A stretch of 63,080 nucleotides of DNA, counting the filler, from Reclinomonas americana ATCC 50394 (taxonomy: Eukaryota): assembly GCA_048213135.1 (NCBI GenBank). It is 24 parts of 24 records of this genome, joined end to end, with 100 filler letters (N's around TTAATTAATTAA, not from the genome) between each part and the next. Parts side by side here need not be neighbours in the genome. Positions count along the whole stretch, not along the records: positions 18,711 to 26,048 come from AFZH01023322.1; positions 26,149 to 27,916 come from AFZH01023323.1; positions 28,017 to 30,149 come from AFZH01023324.1; positions 30,250 to 31,815 come from AFZH01023325.1; positions 31,916 to 33,161 come from AFZH01023326.1; 19 more parts are not named here. One strand, 5' to 3'. This document shows, piece by piece, positions 23,503-33,261 of this stretch (positions are counted from its first letter, which is position 1; every line of letters begins with the position of its first letter). The position numbers and the translations under genes are program-made. Below the pieces are notes generated by a model, which searched no databases, was not told the origin of the DNA, and saw only the letters and a program-made list of their open reading frames with translations.

Positions 23503-24656
23503 CTTGGAATTCCGACAAAGAGTAGCTCGCGCTTCCGTGTTTTGCTGAGCGCATGGTGATGCGCCGTGGAGTGCACTGAAAATCGAGAAAATCGGCACTG
23601 AAAATGTGCCATTATGTCCGTCTCGCTGGGAACAGCGCCAGAAACATAAGACAGCACAACTATCGAATGACGGTGAGTGTCAATGAATGCGAAAAGCCGA
23701 TCTCTGAATGTTTTCTTTCGTCCCCATTCAGAAAACCAGGGCGGCGGATCGAATTGGCGGATGTCAGACCCGTGGTCGATCAGATCCGGCCATTCCTCAT
23801 AGCGGGTCATACCCTCCAAAAAGTGATAGCGGCGCCAATAATCGTCGCGATTGTAGCGATCCTCACGGCTGACATAGGGGGGGTCGATATATACCAGATC
23901 AAAGCCTGCCGGGATTTCCGTCGCATCGCCCGCGGGAAGGATGGTGGTTGGTAATCCAGAGATGAGCGATGCTTTCGCCAGTTCGTCATAGGCCTGAAGC
24001 GCGTGATGCTCGAAAGTGCGCTCCCAGGTTACCGCGTTTCCGAAGCTGCGGTTGACACCGGTCGCGGTTCGCAAGGCTAGGTTGGCGCGGTGAAATAGAT
24101 TGAATGGCCGCTTCTTTAGACAGGCCTGATAGACCAAATAGCGGAACAAGGATTTGATTTCTGGCTTTTCTGCCCATTTGTTCTCTTGGGCAGCAAAGCC
24201 ATCGAGCCAGGCATTCTCGCTATCCCGGAAGAACATTCCCGCAAAATGCTCAGAAATGGGGCCTATCCGGGGGCCTACTGCCCGCAATCCCGCCTCGACA
24301 CTTCCGCGATCCAGCGCGAGCCGTTCTGCCAATACAGTGCGTGCGACGTCTTCGTTGAAGCGGAACGCGTCGTGATAGGTGACCGTCTTGCGCATAGCCT
24401 TGAACAGCAGGGAAACCGATCCGGTGCCTCCAAAGGCATCCAACACCGTATCGAAGCGCACTGATCCTAGATGTCCGTACATCCAGGTCAGCAATCTACG
24501 CTTGCTGCCGTAATAGCGCGTCGACGGGAAGCGAGAGATTTGATCGGGGACGGGCTCGATTAATTTAAGACGCGGTGCGTCAAGTGGTTCTTCGAGCGAG
24601 CGGTTATCCGTCAGTCGGTTTACATTGCTTCCCACAGCTCGTCCCAACAGCGACAT
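23499..24656 (-). CDS. N6-adenine DNA methyltransferase (D12/alpha-class motif order)
   Basis: RYYGSK, VLDAFGGTGSVS (motif I) and DLVYIDPPY (motif IV). Start uncertain (24656 or 24674). Confidence 0.9.
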   Translation of the reverse strand: MSLLGRAVGSNVNRLTDNRSLEEPLDAPRLKLIEPVPDQISRFPSTRYYGSKRRLLTWMYGHLGSVRFDTVLDAFGGTGSVSLLFKAMRKTVTYHDAFRFNEDVARTVLAERLALDRGSVEAGLRAVGPRIGPISEHFAGMFFRDSENAWLDGFAAQENKWAEKPEIKSLFRYLVYQACLKKRPFNLFHRANLALRTATGVNRSFGNAVTWERTFEHHALQAYDELAKASLISGLPTTILPAGDATEIPAGFDLVYIDPPYVSREDRYNRDDYWRRYHFLEGMTRYEEWPDLIDHGSDIRQFDPPPWFSEWGRKKTFRDRLFAFIDTHRHSIVVLSYVSGAVPSETDIMAHFQCRFSRFSVHSTAHHHALSKTRKRELLFVGIPR

Positions 24657-25143
24657 CAAATCCAGAGATGCCAAGCCGATTCTTGTCTCAAGCGGCTGGA
24701 ATCATACACTTTCATGATGGCGGTGGCGGTGCGCAATATCTAGCGGCCTGACCCCGCAACGCTGCGTCGGGCAGGTTTATCAACTGCGAAATCGGCTTTC
24801 AGTTTGTCGTCGCCGCTGAGGCGCCCCTTAAGACGAGTTGGAACCTCCTGAGCCGGCAAATGCCCGGAAGTGGCGCAGGTAGGGCCATTGCGATGTCCGT
24901 GTTCAGCATCGCGAAGTCGCGGTTTCAAACCAGGTAGCGGATCAGCGGTTCGCCGAGGAGTAACCGCTCCTACGGCTCGCCCTCGGACATCCTCAGCACC
25001 GTTGCGACAGATCAAGACCCAACAGCCCCGTCTGCTTTCGCGGACGGGACCCCCACCTCGGGCACTCCATAGATGTTGAGGAGCGGTTGGGAGTTGCCTC
25101 CACAAGGTCGGCAGGGATTATGCGTTCTGTACGGAGAAACGCA

Positions 25144-25938
25144 ATGACCTCTTTGGCCGCTGTCCTGTCTGTCGATTCTCGTGGCCCTGCCGGGCTTTAC
25201 CTGATGACCGACAGCCGGATCACATGGAAGGGTTACGATGGCGAATGGGACGCCGGTCAGAAGACCTATTTCGCGTCGAACCAACCGCACATTTTTGGTT
25301 TTTGCGGCAATGCGGCCTTTCCGCCTTCTGTGGCCCGTCAGCTAATCGAGCAGATCGAAGCGGGTATCATCGGATCGGGCGATGACCCTGATGTCGTGCG
25401 CGCCGATATATTGGCGGGGTTAGAATGGGCCCGTTCCGCAGCAACGAACAAATTTTTCGATGAATTTTCGCTCTTTCACGGTTATCGCGAGGGATTCGGC
25501 ATGAAATGCAAGTTTCATCTCTGGCGGTATCAATATTTTATGTCAACGGATAAATTATATAACTCTCGAATAGAGCTCGATGCGACAACGTCCTGCCTCG
25601 CTCACATCGACGGAAGCGGCAAAAACACTATTCAACATTTCAGAGATACTGTCGCGCGAGGTGTAGCTGCGAGTACAAGCCGGGCAGCTGTCTGGACCTT
25701 CTACGACGCGCTCCGGTCGGGCAAAGATCGCGCAACCGGCGGAGCGCCACAGCTGGTGGGCTTGTGGCGCGTGGGGCCGGCACAGAGGTTTGGCGTGATC
25801 TGGCAAGGTGCGAGGTATGTCGCGGGGATCAAGCTCCCGAGTAGGTCTAGCTCGGGTACGATTCATTGGTTCGACGACGAGTTCGAGTCGCTCGGACGCT
25901 TGCCGCCTGGCTGGAAAGCGGGCCCTGAACCTGCTTGA
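25144..25938 (+). CDS. Putative Ntn-hydrolase / proteasome beta-subunit-like protein
   Basis: GGAG RBS, then MTSL (Thr at the N-terminus after Met removal), LMTDSRIT, GQKT, GFCGNA, IDGSG and DRATGG, in the order seen in proteasome beta subunits. Confidence 0.6.
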   Translation: MTSLAAVLSVDSRGPAGLYLMTDSRITWKGYDGEWDAGQKTYFASNQPHIFGFCGNAAFPPSVARQLIEQIEAGIIGSGDDPDVVRADILAGLEWARSAATNKFFDEFSLFHGYREGFGMKCKFHLWRYQYFMSTDKLYNSRIELDATTSCLAHIDGSGKNTIQHFRDTVARGVAASTSRAAVWTFYDALRSGKDRATGGAPQLVGLWRVGPAQRFGVIWQGARYVAGIKLPSRSSSGTIHWFDDEFESLGRLPPGWKAGPEPA

Positions 25939-26179
25939 TTTCATCATTGCGCCCACTCGGGCAAAAATCGGAGCACCAAACGTCCGCTTATCGGCAGCGT
26001 CTGCAGGTCAGCTTGTGGCGCAGCGCAGCTCAACATCATTCGTGATACNNNNNNNNNNNNNNNNNNNNNNNNNNNNNNNNNNNNNNNNNNNNTTAATTAA
26101 TTAANNNNNNNNNNNNNNNNNNNNNNNNNNNNNNNNNNNNNNNNNNNNCGAGACGCCGGGCGACCCGGTTGGACTTGGT

Positions 26180-27308
26180 TTAGGTCGGCTCCGGCTGGCT
26201 TCCGGGTTCAGCTGGCATGCGCCAGGCCTGCCATGCTCCGGCGAGCGCCGGGTAAAGCGTCCGCCCGTCTTCGGCCTTCGCAGCGGCCGGCAAACGCAGT
26301 GGGTGGCGCTCGCCGATGTCGACGGTAAAGTCGTTTTCGCCGGGGAGCGGCGGCTCTATGCTTCGAACCTCCGGCCAGGCGACGCGGCGACTGCGGCCTT
26401 CGAGATCGCCGAAGAGGTCACCTGCCGCATTCGGCAGGGCGGTAGCGGTGAAGCCGTCCGCCTCGATCGTCGCGACCGGCCAGGTGATGTGTTGGCCTCG
26501 GGCGCGCCAAGCCCCGAAAGCGGCGGCGACGATCGCAAAGGCGACGAACGCGATAATCGCGCTCCAGCCCAGAAGCGTGAGAAAGGCCTTGAGGTCGAGA
26601 TTGGCGCTCTTCGTCGCCGCGGCTGTCGCGGTCAGCAGGAGAGCGACGACGGCCGCGCCCGCGAGCAGCACGCCGCCACCGAGCACGCGCCAGATCGGCG
26701 GCGCCGCCCTGACGACCGGAACGAGGAACGTCCCCGTCGCGGCCCGGGCCGCGGATGAAAGCCCGGCCAGATAGCGCTCCCGGGCGGCGAGGAGCGTGGC
26801 GTACGGCGTCGCACCGGCCTCGCCGCGCGCCTGTTCGGGGATTTTCGTAGACGGTCTTCTGAACCCCGTCCTTCTCCGCCACCGTCACGGGAAACAGGCC
26901 CGTTTCCTTGACCGGCCCGATCGCGGCGACGTCCCGCCAGGGCACGAAGCGGCGGCGGCGCGCTCCCAGAGGTCCGGGACCGGCATAGGGATAGGGGTCG
27001 ATGAAGATCCCGCCGGCCGTGACGACGAGAGGCGTGATCCGCCTTGCGGTGGCATCCGGATCACGCCCGGCCCACCATGCGTTGAGATGCATGGCGGTAA
27101 AGCCGAGGCCGGCCGCGAGCCCGATCAGTCCTCCGACGCCGCCGAAGAGCAGCGGGACGGCGTTCGACGGCGTCAAAGGCCTGGTCACGAGTTGCAACAG
27201 GCAGAGAATGGCGCCCGCGAGAGCGCAGATGCCGAAGATGGAAAACACGCCGATCGGGCTGCGAAAGGTTTTGCCCTCGACACTGAAGGCGACGCTTGGT
27301 TCGTCCAT
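26180..27308 (-). CDS. Membrane protein with two internally repeated 2-TM + soluble units; one apparent frameshift at the A4 run 26842-26845
   Basis: Removing one A joins ORFs 26418-27308 and 26180-26686 through ..YEIPEQARGEAGATPYATLL... The two halves share RRFVPWRDV / RRVAWPEV. Confidence 0.65.
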
Positions 27309-27445
27309 GTCATCCCCCGCATTCGTCGGGCAACGGGCGAGACATCACCGCCGCGCGCCTCGGTTTCGAGATTATCTTATGGTCGGCTCCGCCGGAAAGC
27401 GGATCGGCCGATCTTCGCGGTGCGAAAGCCGCCGCCATCGCCGGA

Positions 27446-28138
27446 TCAGCCTGCTGGAATCTCTGCACAGGCCGGACGCCTCAGCTTGGCGTAGCGCCCC
27501 AGCGCACCCAGAAGCGACATCTCTTGCCCGCGGCTCGACCAGCTCCCGTTCTTGAGCTCCAGCGTCACCGTATAGATCGGTCCGGCGGGCTGCCACGGGC
27601 TCCAGGCGCCTCTGGTCCCGTCATGGCCGACCGAGATCTGGCGCAGGGCGGCGGCGCTGTAGGCCAGCGTTCCGCGCCAGGCGATCCCATTGCGGCGGTC
27701 GATATCGGTCGTGATCTCGCGCCCGTCGAGGCGGACATCGGCATAGGCGACATAGAGCGTATGGCCGGAGGAGGCTCCGGGCACAGGCGTCCCCAGGGTC
27801 GTGGTGAAGCCGCCCCTCGGCGGCGGCGAGACGTCGGCGGCGACGACATAGCCCTTGCCGCAGCGGGTCCGAAACGTCTCGAACTGCGCATTGGCCAGAC
27901 GCTGGGCTTCGAGGCGNNNNNNNNNNNNNNNNNNNNNNNNNNNNNNNNNNNNNNNNNNNNTTAATTAATTAANNNNNNNNNNNNNNNNNNNNNNNNNNNN
28001 NNNNNNNNNNNNNNNNCCAGACGCTGGGCTTCGAGGCGCGGCGCGGGCGCGGTCTGCGCCGAGACCGCGTGGGCCGCGAGCACGGCCCGCCGCGGCGATC
28101 AGCGCCGCAACGAAGGATCGAGGGAAGCGAAGCGACAT
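27446..28138 (-). CDS. Secreted hypothetical protein spanning two overlapping contigs, with one apparent frameshift
   Basis: GAGGAGG RBS and ATG at 28138; signal peptide MSLRFPRSFVAALIAAAAVLAAHAVSA appears after removing one base at 28086-28088. Contig ends share 22 nt (27895-27916 = 28017-28038). Confidence 0.6.
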
Positions 28139-28171
28139 CGAGACCTCCTCGTGCTTGCTGCATGCGGCGGC

Positions 28172-28633
28172 TCAGCCGGCGAGCCGGGTGAGATATTTGT
28201 TCCAGAAGGCGAGCAGCGGGCCGGTCAGCTTGGCGCGCTCCAGCGCAGCGCAGTCGTAGCGGCCGAGCAGGGCGGCCGTGTCGGAGGCGCCGTTGTCGAG
28301 TTCGCCCAGCACCATGGCCTGCATCGCCGCGTCGATCTCGTTGCTTGCCTTCCTCGTCCGGTACGCCCGCTCGAGCCGCTCCAGCCGCGCGCTGTCCTCG
28401 GCCGAGAGGATGGAGCAGGCCCGGTGCAGGCTGCGCGTCATGCCGATGGCGTAGGCGATGTTGCTCCGTTGGAAGATTTCGGGCTTGCCGACGATCTTGT
28501 CCTCCAACTGCCCGCTGGTGATGGCGACGATCATGTCGCGGTTCTTGACGGCGACCTTCTGCTGGCTCTGCTGGGCCTGCGCGCCGGTCGCGGCGAGCAG
28601 GACGAAGGCGGCGAGGGCGAGGTGTTTCTTCAT
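28172..28633 (-). CDS. Secreted hypothetical protein
   Basis: Signal peptide MKKHLALAAFVLLAATGAQA; GGAG upstream. Confidence 0.75.
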   Translation of the reverse strand: MKKHLALAAFVLLAATGAQAQQSQQKVAVKNRDMIVAITSGQLEDKIVGKPEIFQRSNIAYAIGMTRSLHRACSILSAEDSARLERLERAYRTRKASNEIDAAMQAMVLGELDNGASDTAALLGRYDCAALERAKLTGPLLAFWNKYLTRLAG

Positions 28634-28758
28634 GGCTCAGTCTCCGTTCCATCGGGGCGATCCCGATGGACGAAGGGATAGCCGCGACCCGGCGGCCGCG
28701 GTATTGCACCGACTTGCCCAGCCTTGCCTATGGATGCCGGCGCTCAGCGCGGCCTTCT

Positions 28759-30149
28759 TCAGCGCTTGCGGCGAACCTCGGTCACGACGGTGCTGGTCGA
28801 TGGCTCGAACCGGCCGTTGCGGGCGACATAGGCGACACCGGGCTCGATGTCGTTCCGCCCGACCACCCCGGCGATCCATCGCTGCGTCCCCGCGTCCCAG
28901 GCCACCAGCAGCGCCCTGTCTCCGCCGGTGACATGCCCCTTCTGCGCGACGACGACAGCCTTCGCGCCACCCTGGACATCGACCGGTTTCGAGCCGGTGC
29001 CGACCGCGACGCCTTCTGCCCCCACGCGTGCCAATCTTCCTCCCTTGGCCACGGCGATGCCGCTGTCGGCGGCGACCGCGGCGGCACCGTCCAATGTCGC
29101 AATGGCGATGCCACGCCAGCCGGAGACAGCCTGCCCGCCCGGTGATGTAAACCTGCCGCTCGCCTGGCGGCAGATCGCAATTCCCGATTCTCCTGCCAGC
29201 GCGCGGCCGCTCTCGCAGAGGGCAATCCCTCTCTCCCCAGCCCGCGCGACGCCCAGGCCGGTCACACAGGCCACGCCGCGCTCTCCGGCATGGGCCTCTC
29301 CCTCGCAGATCGCGAAGCCCTCGTCTCCCGCCACGGCGAGGGGGGGTGGATCGAAGGGCATCTTCCGGTCACCGCGCAAGACGTAGTAATGATTGCTGTA
29401 ATCGTAACGCTCCGTTTCGTCGGGGTCCGGCAGCGGCAGTGGCACCGGCTCTTCCCGCGAGGGGACCCGGGCCACGCCCCCATGTCCGGCTAGCGCGATA
29501 CGGCCTTCGAGCACATTGCCGGCGCCGACGGCGTAAAGCGCGGCGACCGCACCGCGCAGGGTGCCGCGGTAAAGAGCCGTGCCTTGCCGGAATCGGATCG
29601 GGTCGCCATCTCGCTGTCCGGGCTCATGCTCGCCTTCGACCCGGACAAGGCAGCACGGCGCCCCATCGGTCAGTGGAAGTTTGCCTTGACCCCATACGGC
29701 CCCGAGCCACCATTCGCCGTCCTTGCGCCCGGCCGCCAACTCGGCTGGCGGAATACTGGCGCAGAGGACGACGATCTGCCCTTCACGTATCGGCTCCGGT
29801 CGAATCTCGGCCTCCGGATCGTGGTTTCGGGCGGCCTCCCACCAAGGCACGTCGGAATGAAAAGAGGGAGCCGGGGGGTGGGGAGCGCGGTACGGGGCCT
29901 CTTCTCGACTGGCCGGCCAGGAGACATCGGGAAGCCCAAAGATATCGTCGGGTCTCTTGTGCAGTTGGTCGGCGGAAAATGAATAGACCCCAGGCTCCCG
30001 TTCTCCGCCCCGGGTCGTGAAAACATGAACAATGCCGAAACAGTCGCAGATCAGCGTCGCGTCCCGGCCCAGACGGATCATGGTGCCGCCGCTCAGCCCC
30101 GCGATGACGACAAGGGCCTCGTCCGCGACATCTACTCCTTTTGACGCGC
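28759..30149 (-). CDS. Hypothetical protein with C-terminal Gly/Ala-rich AGxxGxA repeats, 5' partial
   Basis: Repeats AGERGVA, AGERGIA, AGESGIA, AADSGIA, ending in VGRNDIEPGVAYVARNGRF. The frame is open to the contig end. Confidence 0.65.
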
Positions 30150-30249
30150 NNNNNNNNNNNNNNNNNNNNNNNNNNNNNNNNNNNNNNNNNNNNTTAATTA
30201 ATTAANNNNNNNNNNNNNNNNNNNNNNNNNNNNNNNNNNNNNNNNNNNN

Positions 30250-31053
30250 GCGGACCAGCGAGCCGCCGCTCTCGCCGACGATTACCACGACTTCCTCAAC
30301 CGCCAGTTCGTGACCGCTGTGCTCCACGGCATCGCTTGCCCCAACGAGCGGGTACGCATGAAGTACTTCCCACCTCCTTCTTCATCACCTCGCTCATCGC
30401 TGCTCCTTCTTCGCAGTGCCGCACCATGATCGAGGCCGGTGACGTGCAGCAGACCGTGGTCGACTGCGCCGCCTGCAAGACCAGGTCCGTGCATCCAGTG
30501 CATTCCGCCTTTGCGTTTTCCTCTCTCACTCACCGTCTTACGTGCAGGTTTTGCGCGCGATGCGGACGCCGCCGCCCGGCAGGCGCCAACACCTGCGATG
30601 GATGCGACACGGCAGAGAGCTCACTGAACACTGTCCTCCAGCACTGCGGACTGAAGAAGATCAGCGGTCTGCCGGGTGACGTACCGGCCGTGCGGGCGTG
30701 TCCGCGATGCCGCAACCCGATCGGTCAGTATTTCTTCTCCTCCCGCATATTCTCTTTCTTTGCGTCGCTCATTGAATGCAGAGCATGCCGAGGCGTGCAA
30801 GCACATGAAATGCCAGGCGGTGCGTTGTGCGACTGGGAGAGTGCTGCACTGTCATAACGCTCACTCGCGTCGTCTTACAGTGCCAAGCCGAATTCTGTTT
30901 CCGCTGCTTGCAGGTCAAGCCCGAGGGAGGCACATGGCCGTTGCGTGCTTTGTGACACACCTATTTTATGAACAGCGATTGAACTGTTGTCTCTCACACA
31001 GGTGCGGCTCCTTCAACCACCCTTGCGACATTGCACCACGGCAGCGCTTTTGA
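30250..31053 (+). CDS. RBR E3 ubiquitin ligase (IBR + RING2), multi-exon, 5' partial, copy A
   Basis: Spliced: IACPNE/CRTMI..DCAACKT/FCARC..RACPRCRNPI/EHAEACKHMKC/CQAEFCFRCL. Confidence 0.85.
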
Positions 31054-31233
31054 TACTTCCCGTCGTGTCATGGGAATAGATAAATTCACACCATTTTACG
31101 TAAGAGCAACTGAGCTCATCGTGGCTGGTGGACGAGCGGCAACAATTATACTCTTACGGACAGCCAAGCAGAGTCGAATGGTGGAAAAACGGACAGAAAA
31201 CAAATACGGTTTATGTGTGGGGCATGCTGGAAA

Positions 31234-33161
31234 TCAACACGGGAACACATACACCATTTCGGCAGCGGCTACCAGCTCGCTGCCGTCACTGCTAGAGGCC
31301 ACAGTCATCCACGCGCGACTGATGTCACGCGCCGTCCACGTCACGCCAGAGTCGCTCGACACGAGCACCTGGTCTCCAGCCGCCACAGCCGCCAGCTTCG
31401 TGCCGTCACTGCTCGACGTCACACCCATCCACGCACGACTGGAATCGCGAGCCGTCCACGTCACGCCCGAATCACTCGACGTGTAGATCTGGCCACCATT
31501 CACCACTGCCACCAGCTTCGTGCCGTCACTGCTCGATGCCACGCCGCTCCATGCACGGTTCGAATCGCGAGCCGTCCACGTCACGCCCGAGTCGGTCGAC
31601 GTGTAGATCTGGCCACCGTTCACCACCGCCACCAGCTTCGTGCCGTCACTGCTCGATGCCACACCACTCCATGCGCGATTCGAATTGCGAGGTGTCCACA
31701 TCGCGCCAGAATTGATCGACGTGTACAACTGGCCATTCGTCACCGCAGCCACCAACTTGGTGCCGTCGCTGCTCGACGCCACCGAAATCCAGTTGCGATT
31801 CGCATCACGAGCAGTNNNNNNNNNNNNNNNNNNNNNNNNNNNNNNNNNNNNNNNNNNNNTTAATTAATTAANNNNNNNNNNNNNNNNNNNNNNNNNNNNN
31901 NNNNNNNNNNNNNNNGCCCGAGTCCGTCGACGTGTACACCTGACCAGGACTCACAACGGCCACCAGCTTCGTGCCATCGCTGCTCGACGCCACCGACACC
32001 CACGCACGATTGGAATCACGAGGTGTCCACGTCACGCCCGAATCCGTCGATGTGTACACCTTGTCGTTGTTCGTCACGGCCACCAACTTCGTACCGTCGC
32101 TGCTGGACGCCACCGCTCGCCACATGCGATTCGAATCACGAGGTGTCCACGTTGCACCCGAGTCCGTCGACGTGTAGATCCTGTTGCCTGTCACCACAGC
32201 CACCAGCTTCGTGCCGTCACTGCTGGACGCCACCGAACGCCACATGCGATTCGAGTCTCGAGCCGTCCACGTCACACCCAAGTCGCTCGACGTGTATATC
32301 TGACCATTGTTCACCACGGCCGCCAACAATGTGCCGTCACCGTTGGACGTCACTCCAATCCAGTTGCGATTGGAATCACGAGCCGTCCACGTCACGCCAG
32401 AGTCGGTGGACACGTAGATCTGACCACCAGTCACAGCCGCCACAAGCACAGTGCCAGTGCTGCTCGATGCCACTGCACTCCAGGCCCGACTGGAATCTCG
32501 CGCCGTCCACGTCGTGCCAGAGTCCGTGGACGTGTAGATCTGACCAGGGTTCACTGTGGCCACCAGCTTCGTGCCGTCTGTGCTGGAGGCCACCGACGAC
32601 CACTGGCCGATGTATCCCAGTGTGGCCATTGTGGTGCACGTTGAACAAGAGGGGCCTGTTGTTTTTTTTTACATGACAACAACGAGTAAGCTCTCACAAA
32701 TTGACAACGAATAATGACATTACTCACCAGTCCATGGACTGGAACAGCTGCATGTTCCATCGGTGTTGCACGTTCCGTGGCCCGAACACGTGGTAGTGGG
32801 ACTGCAGTTGCAACTGGCATTGGTGTAGTCGCCAGTGCACAGACAAGTTCCGTCGCTGGTGCACGTTCCGTGACCCGAGCATGTGGCAGTGGGACTGCAG
32901 TTGCAGCTGGCATTGGTGTAGTCGCCAGTGCAGAGACAAGTTCCATCGCTGTTGCAGCTGCCATGACCCGAGCACGTCGCAATGGGACTGCAGTTGCAGC
33001 TGGCATTGGTGTAGTCGCCAGTGCAGAGACAAGTTCCATCGCTGTTGCAGCTGCCATGACCCGAGCACGTCGCAATGGGACTGCAGTTGCAGCTGGCATT
33101 GGTGTAGTCGCTAGTGCACAGACAAGTGCCGTCAGTCTTGCACGTTCCGTGACCAGAGCAT
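31234..33161 (-). CDS. Extracellular protein C-terminus: tandem EGF-like repeats followed by Asp-box beta-propeller repeats (two contigs)
   Basis: 31-aa six-Cys units CSGHGxCxxDGTCLCTxDYTNASCNCSP, an intron, then 40-aa units WxxVASSSDGTKLVA..GQIYTSTDSGVTW. Confidence 0.8.
31290..32610 (-). repeat. 120-nt coding tandem repeat (Asp-box SxDxGxTW propeller blades), about 10 visible units
   Basis: GAATCGCGA-like anchors at about 31442, 31562 and 31682; the same period continues in 31916-32610. Confidence 0.9.
32736..33161 (-). repeat. 93-nt coding tandem repeat (EGF-like), about 4.5 units
   Basis: GACCCGAGCACGTCGCAATGGGACTGCAG occurs at 32965 and 33058. Confidence 0.9.
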
Positions 33162-33261
33162 NNNNNNNNNNNNNNNNNNNNNNNNNNNNNNNNNNNNNNN
33201 NNNNNTTAATTAATTAANNNNNNNNNNNNNNNNNNNNNNNNNNNNNNNNNNNNNNNNNNNN

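Noticed and set aside
24675..25143. Small ORFs or IS ends between the methyltransferase and the Ntn-like gene
   Set aside because: No transposase motifs or terminal inverted repeats could be seen; treated as a divergent promoter region.
16068..30149. Bacterial-to-eukaryote horizontal transfer of this block
   Set aside because: No contig joins the two sequence types; a mixed assembly is the simpler explanation.
31290..33161. Regularly spaced repeats as a CRISPR array
   Set aside because: Periods of 120 and 93 nt are multiples of three, the units translate as protein repeats, there are no unique spacers and no cas genes.
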